In this document: piece after piece, positions 1-9,341 of the stretch | Layout: each line of letters opens with the position of its first letter | How positions within the stretch are numbered: position 1 is the stretch's first letter | From: an uncultured Clostridia bacterium | Lineage (GTDB): Bacteria > Bacillota > Clostridia > Christensenellales > Borkfalkiaceae | Direction of reading: 5' to 3' | DNA length: 64,000 bases | Assembly (NCBI GenBank): GCA_934249215.1 | Contig: CAKQKN010000106.1 | Location: 1,662-65,661, forward strand | Notes under the pieces: model-generated | What the model saw: the letters and a program-made list of their open reading frames with translations, nothing else | Database searches by the model: none | Told to the model about the DNA's origin: nothing | Program-made: the position numbers and the translations under genes

Positions 1-98
1 GCGAGATAAAAGAACTTTTTTCATATCGTGCACATTATATCATTATTTATTGCGCCGAATTTGTCGAAATTGTTCGACGTTACGGAGGTTTTGTCGGA

Positions 99-1502
99 AT
101 GAAAGAATTGATCGGAAAAATAAATCTTATCGAAAACGAGCAGAGGAAAAGAGTTAGTCTGCTCGACGGATATAATAAAGACAAAATTCACTTAAAACAG
201 ATGGCGTTTCACAAGTGCCAAAAGGCGAACAGGTGGGTTTTCGGCGGGAACAGAAGCGGAAAAACCGAGTGCGGCGCGGTGGAGTGCGTGTGGCTTTCGA
301 GAGGGATTCACCCGTATCGGAAAAACAGAAAAAATACTTTCGGATGGGTGGTTTCGCTTACGCAACAAGTGCAGCGTGACGTTGCGCAGAAAAAGGTTTT
401 GTCCTATCTTTCGAAGCGCGATATCGTCGACGCGGTTATGCTTAGCGGGCGCAAGGATAGCCTCGATAACGGTGTTATAGACCAACTTTTCGTTAAAAAC
501 GCGTTCGGGGGCGTGTCGGTGATCGGCTTTAAGAGTTGCGATCAGGGGCGGGAAAAATTTCAGGGGGCTTCGCTCGATTTCGTGTGGTTCGACGAGGAAC
601 CGCCCGAGGATATTTACGAAGAGTGTAAAATGCGACTTCTCGATAAGCGCGGGATAATGTTCGGGACGATGACGCCGCTTAAGGGGCTTACGTTTATTTA
701 CGACGAAATATATCTCAATCGGAACGAGTCGCCCGACGTGTGGTACGAGTTTATGGAATGGGGAGATAATCCGTATCTCGATCCCGAAGAGGTGAAGAAA
801 ATGACCGAAAGTCTGCCGAAAGACGTGCTCGATTCGAGAAGATACGGGCGGTTTAAGGCGCAATGCGGCGAGGTTTATCCCGAGTTCGACGAGTGTCGGC
901 ACGTCGTGGAGCCGTTTGAGGTGCCGTATGACTGGCAGACGACGCTCTCGATCGACCCGGGACTTCACAATCCGCTTTCCTGTCATTTTTATGCGGTGGA
1001 TTACGACGGGAACGTGTATGTGGTCGCGGAACATTACGAGGCGGAAAGGACGATTTCTAACCATGCGCGGGCAATCGAAAAAATCGCCGATTCGCTCGGA
1101 TGGCATCGACGGTCGGACGGTCGGATCGAAGCGCTTATCGACAGCGCGGCGAATCAGAAAACGCTCGCTTCGTCGAAAAGCGTTACAGAATTGTTTTTCG
1201 AAGAGGGAATTGCGTGTAATCCCAATGTCAATAAAGAGAAGTTTGCGGGGATCGCGCGGGTGAAAGAATATTTTGTCGCGGATAAAATACGGATTTTTCC
1301 GAATTGTAAGAATCTTATCAGGGAAATTAAAAATTACAGGTGGGGCGACGACGATTCGCCGATCAAAAGGGATGACCATGCACTCGATGAGTTGAGATAT
1401 TTCGTTATGTCGCGACCGGAGAATAAGCGACCGCAAAAGGTTCTTTCGGATATCGAAAAGGACAAAGCGCGGCTTATCAGAAAGGTTTCGAGGATGAAAT
1501 AG
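99..1502 (+). CDS. terL: phage terminase large subunit
   Basis: 467-aa ORF with a GGAGG RBS about 10 nt upstream. Has Walker A-like GGNRSGKTE, Walker B-like DFVWFDEEP and C-terminal nuclease-type acidic motifs (SIDPG, DDHALDELRY). Confidence 0.9.
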   Translation: MKELIGKINLIENEQRKRVSLLDGYNKDKIHLKQMAFHKCQKANRWVFGGNRSGKTECGAVECVWLSRGIHPYRKNRKNTFGWVVSLTQQVQRDVAQKKVLSYLSKRDIVDAVMLSGRKDSLDNGVIDQLFVKNAFGGVSVIGFKSCDQGREKFQGASLDFVWFDEEPPEDIYEECKMRLLDKRGIMFGTMTPLKGLTFIYDEIYLNRNESPDVWYEFMEWGDNPYLDPEEVKKMTESLPKDVLDSRRYGRFKAQCGEVYPEFDECRHVVEPFEVPYDWQTTLSIDPGLHNPLSCHFYAVDYDGNVYVVAEHYEAERTISNHARAIEKIADSLGWHRRSDGRIEALIDSAANQKTLASSKSVTELFFEEGIACNPNVNKEKFAGIARVKEYFVADKIRIFPNCKNLIREIKNYRWGDDDSPIKRDDHALDELRYFVMSRPENKRPQKVLSDIEKDKARLIRKVSRMK

Positions 1503-1530
1503 CGGCGTGTTCGTTGATGGGTATTATATG

Positions 1531-1556
1531 CGATAATCGACTTATAGGCGGGGGTT
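1531..1556 (-). repeat. dispersed REP-like element, core CTATAAGTCGATTATC (copy A)
   Basis: The + strand reads cGATAATCGACTTATAGGcggggg, 29 nt after the terL stop. Same core as 10 other intergenic copies. Confidence 0.8.
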
Positions 1557-1590
1557 TGAGGATAAAATCGTTGGTTGTGCGGCACTTAGT

Positions 1591-2248
1591 GCCTAGATCC
1601 CTCGGAAGAAGAGCAAGGAAGTAAGGCTCGGGATGACGGGAGAGAAATAAAGTTGCGGCGAAAATAGCCATTTTTGTTGCCCTCATCCGTCGGCAAAGCC
1701 GACACACTCCGCTTACGCGCGGCGCGCCCCTTTTGTCGCGTTCCGCGACATTTCCCCCGTTTGGCGGGGGAATTGCCCCGAATTGGGGAAGGCTTAATGG
1801 TAGGAAAAGTTCATTTGCTTGGATTTTAAAAAGGCTTAAACTTGGAAAATGCGGCGAGTGCGGCGCTTGCGCGCCTGGATTCCTCGGAAGAATGGCAAGG
1901 AAGTAAGGCTCGGGATGACGGGAGAGAAATAAAGTTGCGGCGAAAATAGCCATTTTTGTTGCCCTCATCCGTCGGCAAAGCCGACACCTTCCCCGAAAGG
2001 GAAGGCTTAATGGTAGGAAAAGTTCATTTGCTTGGAATTTAAAAAGGTTTAAAGTTGGAAAATGCGGCGAGTGCGGCGCTTGTGCGCCTGGATTCCTCGG
2101 AAGAATGGCAAGGAAGTAAGGCTCGGAATGACGAAGAGAAGTTCGTCAAGGAAGTAAGGCTCGGGATGACGGGAGAAAAGGTGCGGCGCGGAGCGCCCAG
2201 ATCCCTCGGAAGTCCGTCAAGAAAGAAAGGTTCGGGATGACGGGAGAG
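1591..2248 (+). repeat. complex tandem repeat array (long blocks A/B plus 55-nt subunits)
   Basis: Block 1596-1705 is nearly identical to 1882-1986, and block 1787-1881 to 2001-2095. The 55-nt subunit TAGATCCCTCGGAAG..GGCTCGGGATGACGGGAG occurs at 1591-1644, 1873-1926, 2085-2138 and 2195-2248, with a half copy at 2146-2176. No ORF with an RBS covers the region. Confidence 0.9.
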
Positions 2249-2419
2249 GATGATCGGATGGCGTCATGTGACGGACTTGCCGATAGAATAAAAGAGTTAA
2301 AAAACAAGGCATAGTCAAAAACTCCCCAAATTAAGTTGCGGTAGTTGCTTGGCAAAATAATTACGGGCATTCCAATCGGCAGCGTTAATTATTTCAGCGA
2401 AAAAACTGTCATATCTTGC

Positions 2420-2450
2420 TTGAAATATGAAAAAAGTGCGGTATTATAAT
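2420..2450 (+). promoter_or_regulatory. sigma-70-like promoter for the 2512+ operon
   Basis: TTGAAA (2420-2425), a 16-nt spacer, then TATTAT (2442-2447) overlapping TATAAT (2445-2450). Confidence 0.45.
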
Positions 2451-2511
2451 CGGCGTGACGAGGGCTTCGGTCATAGAAGCGAGGAGGTGAAAACGAACGG
2501 GGAAACGTGAT

Positions 2512-3015
2512 ATGAATAACAATGCCGTCGAGAGAATCAGGAAGGCGCTCCTGAAGCGCGCACTCGGATACAATTCGACGGAAACGGTGGTGGAATATTC
2601 GGGGGACGGCGAAGAATGTACGGTCGTGCGGAAAAAAGTTACGGAAAAGGACGTGCCGCCGGACATTTCGGCGGCGAAACTCTTGCTTGAGAAATGGCAG
2701 ACGGACGATTATTCGACGATGACGGACGAACAACTCGAGGCGGAAAAACGACGATTGCTGTCGTTGCTTAAAGGCGAATGCGTCGAAAAAAACAAAAACT
2801 TCGGTGAAACCGAGGGCTTTGGGCAAGCCGAAAAAGCGGGTGAAACCGAAAACGAAGAGGAAGCCGAAAGCGCGGATGAAAACGAGGGGAGCTTCGGAAG
2901 CGTTTCGGAAAACGACGGCTTGATCGGTTCGGACGGCGCAAACGACGAACTTGCCGAATCGGTTGCGAGGACGGGGAAAGGCAAAGGGGGAACGAAGAAA
3001 AAATGCAAAAATTGA
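2512..3015 (+). CDS. hypothetical phage protein with weak small-terminase-like motif and an acidic C-terminus
   Basis: 167-aa ORF. ALGY..(V)..KKVTEKDVPPDISAAKLLLEKW resembles the conserved C-terminal half of some TerS families, but no N-terminal HTH is seen. The tail is Glu/Asp/Gly-rich. Confidence 0.5.
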   Translation: MNNNAVERIRKALLKRALGYNSTETVVEYSGDGEECTVVRKKVTEKDVPPDISAAKLLLEKWQTDDYSTMTDEQLEAEKRRLLSLLKGECVEKNKNFGETEGFGQAEKAGETENEEEAESADENEGSFGSVSENDGLIGSDGANDELAESVARTGKGKGGTKKKCKN

Positions 3016-3212
3016 AAATTGTCGATAACGAATACGGAATGGTATGCGATATCAAGGGGTGCGATCGTATGGCGGAATACAGGCTGATAATGGACGTCGG
3101 CGGGGACGAGCAACTTTGCATATGCTCGGAATGCTTGAGGGATTTTCATCGCGAGGCATCGAAGAAAATCAATGCGGAGGTGAAAAAGAATGCAAAACGA
3201 AAGGAAAAATGA
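3003..3212 (+). CDS. small zinc-ribbon-like phage protein
   Basis: 69 aa with an AAGGGGGA RBS. Cys pairs CDIKGC ... CICSEC. Overlaps both neighbours, suggesting translational coupling. Confidence 0.55.
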   Translation: MQKLKIVDNEYGMVCDIKGCDRMAEYRLIMDVGGDEQLCICSECLRDFHREASKKINAEVKKNAKRKEK

Positions 3213-5268
3213 TGAAAACGGAAAAAACGGCGTAAGCGGCGCGAGCCTAATGTGCGAGCGGGAGCGCGAGGATAAGACGGAAAATGGAACGAGTCTGTCC
3301 GGGATCGAGCGGACCGTTGAGCGGGAACTTGCGAAAGAGGTCACGGAAGATTATGAAAGGCGGAGGGAAGAACGGCGGTCGCTCGAACAGCAGTGGAAAC
3401 TCAATCTCAATTATCTGATGGGAAATCAGTATGCGGAAATCGCGCCTACGGGGGAGATCGACGAGGAAGAAAAGGACTATTTCTGGCAGGGGCGGAACGT
3501 GTTCAATCATATCGCGCCGATCGTCGAAACGAGGATAGCCAAGCTGTCGCGCGTGCGGCCGATTATGTCGGTCAGAGCGTCGGGCGAAGACGAACGCGAC
3601 CTTAAGGCGGCGAAAATGGCGAGCGCGCTTCTGTCGTCCACCTTTTCGCGGCTCGAGATGAGCGACGTCATTTATAAGGCGACGCTGTGGAGCGAAACTC
3701 TCGGTACTTCTTTCTATAAAGTAACCTGGGATTACGAGGGCGGAAAACGGCTCGGAGGCACGGAGGGCGGTAAGCCCGTTTACGAGGGGGACGTTAAAGT
3801 CGAGGCGTTGTCGCCGTTCGACGTTTACCCGGACAGCCTTTTCAAAGAGGACGTGGACGATCAGAAAAGCATTATCCATGCGAGGGCGATGAACGTGGAC
3901 GACGTGGCGGCGATTTACGGCAAAAGGCTGAAAGGCGGAGAGATCGACGTTTTCTCGATGGAAAGGAACGGAATCGGTTCGACTTGCGGCGTTTCCAAAC
4001 GATTGACGAGCGGAACGCTCCGCGACAGCGTCGTGGTTATCGAAAGATATGAAAAGCCGAGCGAAAAATATCCGAATGGGCGGGTGGTTACGGTGGCGGA
4101 AGGCGAGGTGCTTGCCGTCGGCGAACTTCCTTATGTGAACGGCGAGGAAGATCGCAGAGTGTTTCCGTTCGTTCGGCAGGTGTCCGTCAATCAGACGGGG
4201 TGCTTTTTCGGCGTGAGCGTGATCGACAGGCTCATTCCCGTGCAGAGAGCTTATAATGCGGTCAAGAACAGAAAACACGAGTACCTTAACCGAGTGAGTA
4301 TGGGCGTGGTTACGGTCGAGGATGGTTCGGTCGATACGGACGCGCTCGTAGAGGACGGGCTGTCGCCCGGGAAAGTGCTCGTGTATCGTCAGGGTTCGAC
4401 GCCGCCGAGGTTTATGGCTTCCGCTTCGGTTCCGCCCGATTTTTCTTACGAGGAATCGCGGCTCGAACAGGAATTTAAAAATATAAGCGGCGTGAGCGAG
4501 TTTTCGAGAAATTCCGACCTTTTCAATTCGAATATGAGCGGGGTTGCGCTCGAACTCGTCGTCGAACAGGACGAAACGCGGCTCATAACGACGGCGGAAA
4601 ACGTAAGGCGGGCGGTCAGAATCATCGGAAAACAGATAATCAGACTTTTCCGTCAGTTTGCGAAACCCGCGCGGATGATGCGGGTGGCGGGGCACGGAAA
4701 CTCGGTCGAACTGTATTATTTCAATTCGGACGATCTGACGAGCGACGACGTCGTGTTCGACACGGAAAACGAACTTTCTTACAGTCCCGCGCAGAAAAAG
4801 AGCGCCGTTTACGATATGCTTAAAGCCGGGCTTTTGTCGGACGACGACGGAAAAATGAATCAGCGTACGAAGGCGAAAATTCTCGAACTTCTGGGGTTCG
4901 GTACGCTGTACGGCGCGCAGGATATAACCAATCTGCACATAGACAAGGCGCAACGCGAAAATATCTTTTTTTCCGAAAAAGATTGCGAGCCGGAGGAGTT
5001 CGACGATCACGCGCTGCATATTACCGAGCATACGAGGTTTTTGTTGTCGGAAGATTTCGACGGCAAGGAAAAAATCAAGAAAAGAATCGTTCTGCACGTT
5101 CGCAAGCACAAACTTATGCTTGCGGGCGGGGATGCGCTTGCGGGGAATGCCCTTGCGGAAAACTTTGCCGCGGAAAACTTTGGCGGCTTGGGAAGTAATG
5201 GCGGCGAAAAAGCAGTCGGCAAAAGCGTGAATGGTGCGGTAAGCGGCGGGAAACCGCTTGCGGATTGA
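3190..5268 (+). CDS. phage portal protein
   Basis: 692 aa with GGAGGTG 7 nt upstream of the ATG. Its size, its position ahead of scaffold and coat, and the NYLMGNQY...NHIAPIVETRIAKLS region are typical of portals. Confidence 0.8.
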   Translation: MQNERKNDENGKNGVSGASLMCEREREDKTENGTSLSGIERTVERELAKEVTEDYERRREERRSLEQQWKLNLNYLMGNQYAEIAPTGEIDEEEKDYFWQGRNVFNHIAPIVETRIAKLSRVRPIMSVRASGEDERDLKAAKMASALLSSTFSRLEMSDVIYKATLWSETLGTSFYKVTWDYEGGKRLGGTEGGKPVYEGDVKVEALSPFDVYPDSLFKEDVDDQKSIIHARAMNVDDVAAIYGKRLKGGEIDVFSMERNGIGSTCGVSKRLTSGTLRDSVVVIERYEKPSEKYPNGRVVTVAEGEVLAVGELPYVNGEEDRRVFPFVRQVSVNQTGCFFGVSVIDRLIPVQRAYNAVKNRKHEYLNRVSMGVVTVEDGSVDTDALVEDGLSPGKVLVYRQGSTPPRFMASASVPPDFSYEESRLEQEFKNISGVSEFSRNSDLFNSNMSGVALELVVEQDETRLITTAENVRRAVRIIGKQIIRLFRQFAKPARMMRVAGHGNSVELYYFNSDDLTSDDVVFDTENELSYSPAQKKSAVYDMLKAGLLSDDDGKMNQRTKAKILELLGFGTLYGAQDITNLHIDKAQRENIFFSEKDCEPEEFDDHALHITEHTRFLLSEDFDGKEKIKKRIVLHVRKHKLMLAGGDALAGNALAENFAAENFGGLGSNGGEKAVGKSVNGAVSGGKPLAD

Positions 5269-5305
5269 AATTTAACGGAAATATAATCGGAGGAAATGAA
5301 CGAAG

Positions 5306-6007
5306 ATGAAGAAAAAAGACGGCGCTTCCGGAAACGCGGGCGGAAAAGATATACTTTGCGAAGAGGAACAAGGCGCGATCACAGCTGCAGCCGACGCGCC
5401 CTCCGTCGGAAAATTTGCCGACGCAGAGGCTCTTTTGAAAGCGTACAACGAGCTTGAGTCTGAATTTACCAAACGCAGTCAGAGGCTCAAGGAGTTGGAA
5501 AGGGAAAATGCCGAGCTCAGACGGGAACAATCGGAAGATCGCGCCGAATCGGAAGCCGTACATGATGAAACGGGGAGTGCGGCGGAAGAAAGGGCGATCG
5601 GGGACTCCCGAGGGAACGGCGAGAACGGGATTTTCGTCGACGAGGTCGAACGCTTTTTGAAAAACAATCCCGAGGCGAGAGAATATGCCGACGAGATCGT
5701 CGAAAAAGCCGAACTTGCGGGCGAACCGGAAAGCGGGTTTCTTGACCGCGCGTACGTATGCGTATTGAAAGATACGTTAAGGCGCGAACGGAAAAAAATC
5801 AACGACGATTTCATACTCGAAAAGGCGAAAAACATCAAAGCCGTGAGAGATGAGATCATCCGCGGTTATCTTGCGGAACTGTATTCCGCAAAGGGCGAAA
5901 GACTTCTCGCGGGGAGTAGCGGCGAAACCGCGATTGCTCCGCCGATAAGACCGTCGTCCATCGCCGAGGCGGGAAAAATGGCCGTTTCGGTTCTTAAAAA
6001 GAAATGA
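5306..6007 (+). CDS. phage scaffolding protein
   Basis: 233 aa, highly charged and helical (ELESEFTKRSQRLKELERENAELRREQ), immediately upstream of the coat gene. Confidence 0.7.
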   Translation: MKKKDGASGNAGGKDILCEEEQGAITAAADAPSVGKFADAEALLKAYNELESEFTKRSQRLKELERENAELRREQSEDRAESEAVHDETGSAAEERAIGDSRGNGENGIFVDEVERFLKNNPEAREYADEIVEKAELAGEPESGFLDRAYVCVLKDTLRRERKKINDDFILEKAKNIKAVRDEIIRGYLAELYSAKGERLLAGSSGETAIAPPIRPSSIAEAGKMAVSVLKKK

Positions 6008-6020
6008 TAAGGAGAAAAAA

Positions 6021-7196
6021 ATGGTAACAATGAACAGCGCCGATAACGCGCTTAAATCACTCTATCTCGGAGTAGTTTCCGAGCAGCTCAACACAAGCGT
6101 CAACCCTTTGCTTGCACGAATCAAACAGACCACGCAGGACGTTTGGGGCAAAGAAATCCGCAGACTCGCGCAGTACGGCATTAACGGCGGTATCGGCGCG
6201 GGAACGGAGGACGGAACTCTTCCCGCCGCCGCGGGCAACAATTACGATCAGTTCGTTCTGACGCTCAAAAACCTTTACGGCACGATCGAAATTTCGGATA
6301 AGGCGGTAAGGGCGTCCGAGAACAACGTCGGCGCGTTCGTCAATCTGCTTAACGCCGAAATGGAAGGACTTTTAAAGGCGTCGTCTTTCAACTTCGGAAG
6401 AATGCTTTTCGGCGACGGCAACGGTACGCTCGGCAAGGTTTCGTCGATCGACGATAACGGCGTCGTTACGCTCGATTCCGTCAAGAACGTCGTCGAAGGA
6501 ATGGTCGTCGATTTTCTGTCGTCGGCGGGCGCTGCGATTTCCGGCGCCGCGGCGAGAAGAATCACGGGGGTGGACCGCGCGAACAAGACTATCACCGTTT
6601 CTGGCGATAAGCTGACGAGCACTGCCGTTCCCGCGAACAGCATCATCACCGTTCAGAATTCTTACGGCAAGGAAATAACCGGTCTTAAGGCGATTTTCTC
6701 GAGCACGGGAACGCTTTACGGACTGGACAGAGCGACGCACAAATGGCTTATTCCTCACATGAAATCGGACGTCGGCACGATCTCCGAAACGGTTATTCAG
6801 GAAGCAATCGACACGCTCGAAGAGAACGCGGGCAGCAGAGTAAACTTCATCGTCTGTTCGTCGGGCGTCAAGCGCGCGTATCAGAAAGCGCTCACGGCGT
6901 ATAAGCGCAACGTGGACGTGATGGACCTTAAGGGCGGATATAAGGCGCTTTCTTATAACGGTATTCCCGTCGTGTCCGACAGATTCTGTCCCGAAGGAAC
7001 GATGTATCTTCTTAATACCGACGACTTCGCGCTACATCAGCTTTGCGATTGGAAGTGGCTCGAGGGCGAGGACGGCAGAGTTATCAAGCAGGTGGCGAAC
7101 AAGCCCGTTTATTCGGCGACGCTCGTCAAGTATGCCGACCTTATCTGCACAAGACCGTGCGGACAGGCGATGCTTACGGGTATTACCGAAGCGTAA
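6021..7196 (+). CDS. phage major capsid (coat) protein
   Basis: 391 aa with a strong RBS (TAAGGAG). Position after the scaffold gene, followed by a strong hairpin. The sequence looks like Firmicute phage major capsid proteins. Confidence 0.8.
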   Translation: MVTMNSADNALKSLYLGVVSEQLNTSVNPLLARIKQTTQDVWGKEIRRLAQYGINGGIGAGTEDGTLPAAAGNNYDQFVLTLKNLYGTIEISDKAVRASENNVGAFVNLLNAEMEGLLKASSFNFGRMLFGDGNGTLGKVSSIDDNGVVTLDSVKNVVEGMVVDFLSSAGAAISGAAARRITGVDRANKTITVSGDKLTSTAVPANSIITVQNSYGKEITGLKAIFSSTGTLYGLDRATHKWLIPHMKSDVGTISETVIQEAIDTLEENAGSRVNFIVCSSGVKRAYQKALTAYKRNVDVMDLKGGYKALSYNGIPVVSDRFCPEGTMYLLNTDDFALHQLCDWKWLEGEDGRVIKQVANKPVYSATLVKYADLICTRPCGQAMLTGITEA

Positions 7197-7224
7197 GGCT
7201 TTTTCGGTTCGGGTTTTTGCTCGG

Positions 7225-7251
7225 TTCGGGGCGGCGGGTTGCCGCCCCGAA
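7225..7251 (+). terminator. GC-rich hairpin after the coat gene (partial terminator or attenuator)
   Basis: TTCGGGGCGGC-gggtt-GCCGCCCCGAA gives an 11-bp perfect stem. The T tract after it is weak. Confidence 0.5.
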
Positions 7252-7282
7252 AATATTAACAAACGGAAAACGGAGGGAAAAC

Positions 7283-7846
7283 ATGACTGTTAAAGAAATG
7301 CTCGGGAATGCCGCCCGTCTTGTCGGCGAAAAGGACGTTTCCGACTTTTTATCGGACGCCGTGCCCGATGACCGCGCGTATGCGGAGGAGTCCGCAACGC
7401 TTTTGAAGCACTGTTACGACGTCGTCGTGGACGAACTTGCGTGCGAGTATCTGCCGCTTAAAAAAACGGAAAGTTTCGACGTGAGCGGCGGAAAAATTCC
7501 TTTTTGTGATTTTTCCGAAAAGCCGATCGCGATCGATTGCGTGAAAGACGGAAACGGCAATAAGCTCGCCTATAGCACGATTATCGACTGTTTGGAAGTG
7601 AATGCGCGGAAAGTTTCGGTTACTTACGGATTCAAGCCGAAAGCGCAGGTTCTTGCGGACGAGGCGTATTATGCGGACGGGATAATCGGCGAGCATGTGC
7701 TGTCGTACGGGATCGCGGCGGAGTATTGTCTTGAGCGGGGAAGGCTTTCGGACGCGGAGATATGGAACGCGAAGTATGCCGGTGCGCTTAAGGCAAGGCT
7801 GGCGGAAAAAAGGCGGCTTAAGATCAAGGTCGGGAAGTGGTGCTGA
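7283..7846 (+). CDS. hypothetical phage protein (position equivalent to the P22 gp4 head-completion adaptor)
   Basis: 187 aa starting from the ATG at 7283, which has a GGAGGG RBS. The longer ORF from 7043 overlaps the coat gene and was rejected. Confidence 0.6.
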   Translation: MTVKEMLGNAARLVGEKDVSDFLSDAVPDDRAYAEESATLLKHCYDVVVDELACEYLPLKKTESFDVSGGKIPFCDFSEKPIAIDCVKDGNGNKLAYSTIIDCLEVNARKVSVTYGFKPKAQVLADEAYYADGIIGEHVLSYGIAAEYCLERGRLSDAEIWNAKYAGALKARLAEKRRLKIKVGKWC

Positions 7847-7847
7847 T

Positions 7848-9266
7848 ATGTATTACGATAAAAGGAACATGGTGAGCGGCGCTGTGCGGAAAATCGTCGT
7901 GCGGGATTTCTCGTCGGGGATAAACGGGAACAAGGACGAAGAGCGGCTTTCGCCCGGGGAGTGCGTTTTTTCGTATAATTTCGCGCTGTCGGGCGGCACG
8001 CTTAAGGACGCGGGCGGCGTGAAAAAAGCCGATTTCGGCGGAAAATGCCCGAAGTTCGACGCTGCGGGCGTTACCCCCGAAAGACTGTATTATTACAAAA
8101 GATACAACGAAACGACCAAGGTATACGACGAATTTCTGATGATTTACGGCAGCGATCACTACGTTTATAAAGCGGCGATGACCGACGACGCGTTTTCCAA
8201 AATGCCCGCGCTGAATTTTGAAAGCGCGCCGACCGCCGTTCCGTATAATTACGACGGAAAAGACGTGATGATTTTCTCGTGCGCGAAAAACTATCGCGTG
8301 TATAACGGCTCGACGGTTACGCTCGTCGGGGACGTGCCGCAGATCACGTCCGCGTGCATTCACGCCGAAAGACTTTTTGCGACCGAGGGCGGGAGTAAAA
8401 CTTCGCTCTGGTTTTCGGACGATTTCAATCCGCTTAACTGGAAAGTGTCGCTCGACGACGCGGGGTTCATCGATATACGCGAGGGAATCGGAAGTCTTGT
8501 CAAGGTGTTGTCGTTCGGCGGCTACGTTTACGTGTTCGGGCTGTACGGAATCGTGCGGGTTACGGCTTACGGCGATCAGACGGAGTTTTCCGTCGACGGA
8601 ATCGCCGCCTCGTCGGGAAAAATCTTCGACGGAAGCATTGCGGTGTGCGGTGACAGAATAATTTATCTTGCCGAGGACGGGTTTTATTCGTTTTCGGGCG
8701 GGACGCCGACGCGAATTATGTCGAAACTCGACGAAAAACTCGCGGGGATCGACAATTCGGACGCGAAAGGCGTGTACTTCGGCGGCGCGTATTATTGCAA
8801 AATGACGATGACGACCGATTGCGGCGTTTTGCCGGTGCTTTTAAAGTATGACGTTCATCGTCGGACGTTCGTCGTGATGCGCGGGCTGAACGTAAAAGAT
8901 TTTGCCGTGCGCGGCGGAGAGACCGATTCCGAACTGCTGCTTCTGGTGAAAGGAAAAAATTATCCCGCGACGCTTTCCGGGAAAGGCGAATGCTTTTCGG
9001 TGCCGCTTCAGAAAAAGTGGGTGAGCGGGAAAAGCGACTTCGGCACTACCGAAACCAAGCGGGTGACGAGGCTTGCTTTAAGGACGATTACGGACGTCGA
9101 CGTGACGGTAGAAAGTGAGCGCGGAAGTCGATTATTGCACTTTTCGGGTTCCAAAGAAAGGCAGTCGTTGCCGATCGGATTAAAGGGCGATTCGTTCACG
9201 ATTACCGTCGAATGCGGCGCCGCGGGGGCGAGCGTTTCCGCGCTCGAGATCGAGTATGAAATCTGA
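7848..9266 (+). CDS. hypothetical phage protein, candidate tail hub (P22 gp10-like by size and position)
   Basis: 472 aa starting from the ATG at 7848, 1 nt after the previous stop. Repetitive beta-rich sequence (WFSDDFNPLNW, GYVYVFGLYGIVRV). Confidence 0.6.
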   Translation: MYYDKRNMVSGAVRKIVVRDFSSGINGNKDEERLSPGECVFSYNFALSGGTLKDAGGVKKADFGGKCPKFDAAGVTPERLYYYKRYNETTKVYDEFLMIYGSDHYVYKAAMTDDAFSKMPALNFESAPTAVPYNYDGKDVMIFSCAKNYRVYNGSTVTLVGDVPQITSACIHAERLFATEGGSKTSLWFSDDFNPLNWKVSLDDAGFIDIREGIGSLVKVLSFGGYVYVFGLYGIVRVTAYGDQTEFSVDGIAASSGKIFDGSIAVCGDRIIYLAEDGFYSFSGGTPTRIMSKLDEKLAGIDNSDAKGVYFGGAYYCKMTMTTDCGVLPVLLKYDVHRRTFVVMRGLNVKDFAVRGGETDSELLLLVKGKNYPATLSGKGECFSVPLQKKWVSGKSDFGTTETKRVTRLALRTITDVDVTVESERGSRLLHFSGSKERQSLPIGLKGDSFTITVECGAAGASVSALEIEYEI

Positions 9267-9341
9267 CGGACGCGGGGGGGAAGCGGCGAGTTTTGCAAAC
9301 ATTTTAAAGTTAGCGGGAATTGTAAGCATGGGGGTGCGGAT

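Noticed and set aside
192-1436. Long antisense ORFs mirroring well-supported sense genes. This one, and similarly 3247-5109, 11998-13152, 19045-20346, 24147-25394, 29417-30757, 30939-32354, 46068-47567, 55218-57401 and 57527-58894, are all on the - strand.
   Set aside because: Each lies entirely opposite a + strand gene with clear family motifs and an RBS. Their products are Arg/Phe/Val-rich low-complexity sequences without motifs or an RBS. 55218-57401 even spans two unrelated sense genes plus their spacer. These are typical shadow ORFs produced by codon bias.
1477-1968. A 163-aa - strand ORF with an internal duplication (MRATKMAIFAATLFLSRHPEPYFLA occurs twice), plus small + strand ORFs at 2055-2240 and 2146-2370.
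   Set aside because: The internal duplication simply reflects the DNA tandem repeat. There is no RBS, the ORFs cross hairpin arrays, and the frame is not maintained between repeat copies.
1591-2248. Possible CRISPR array.
   Set aside because: The repeat units are long (~105 and ~95 nt blocks plus 55-nt subunits), of unequal spacing and partly nested. There are no constant-length unique spacers and no cas genes in the window.
7043-7282. 5' extensions of ORFs given in the track: 7043 for the 7283 gene, 7695 for the 7848 gene, 32946 for the antiporter, 40547 for smpB, 42115 for the zinc-ribbon gene, 47346 for yqfC, 54388 for the S-component and 31119 for rpsB.
   Set aside because: The extensions overlap upstream genes or terminators, encode Arg-rich junk and lack an RBS. 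Internal ATGs with GGAGG-type RBSs at proper spacing give products matching the family N-termini.
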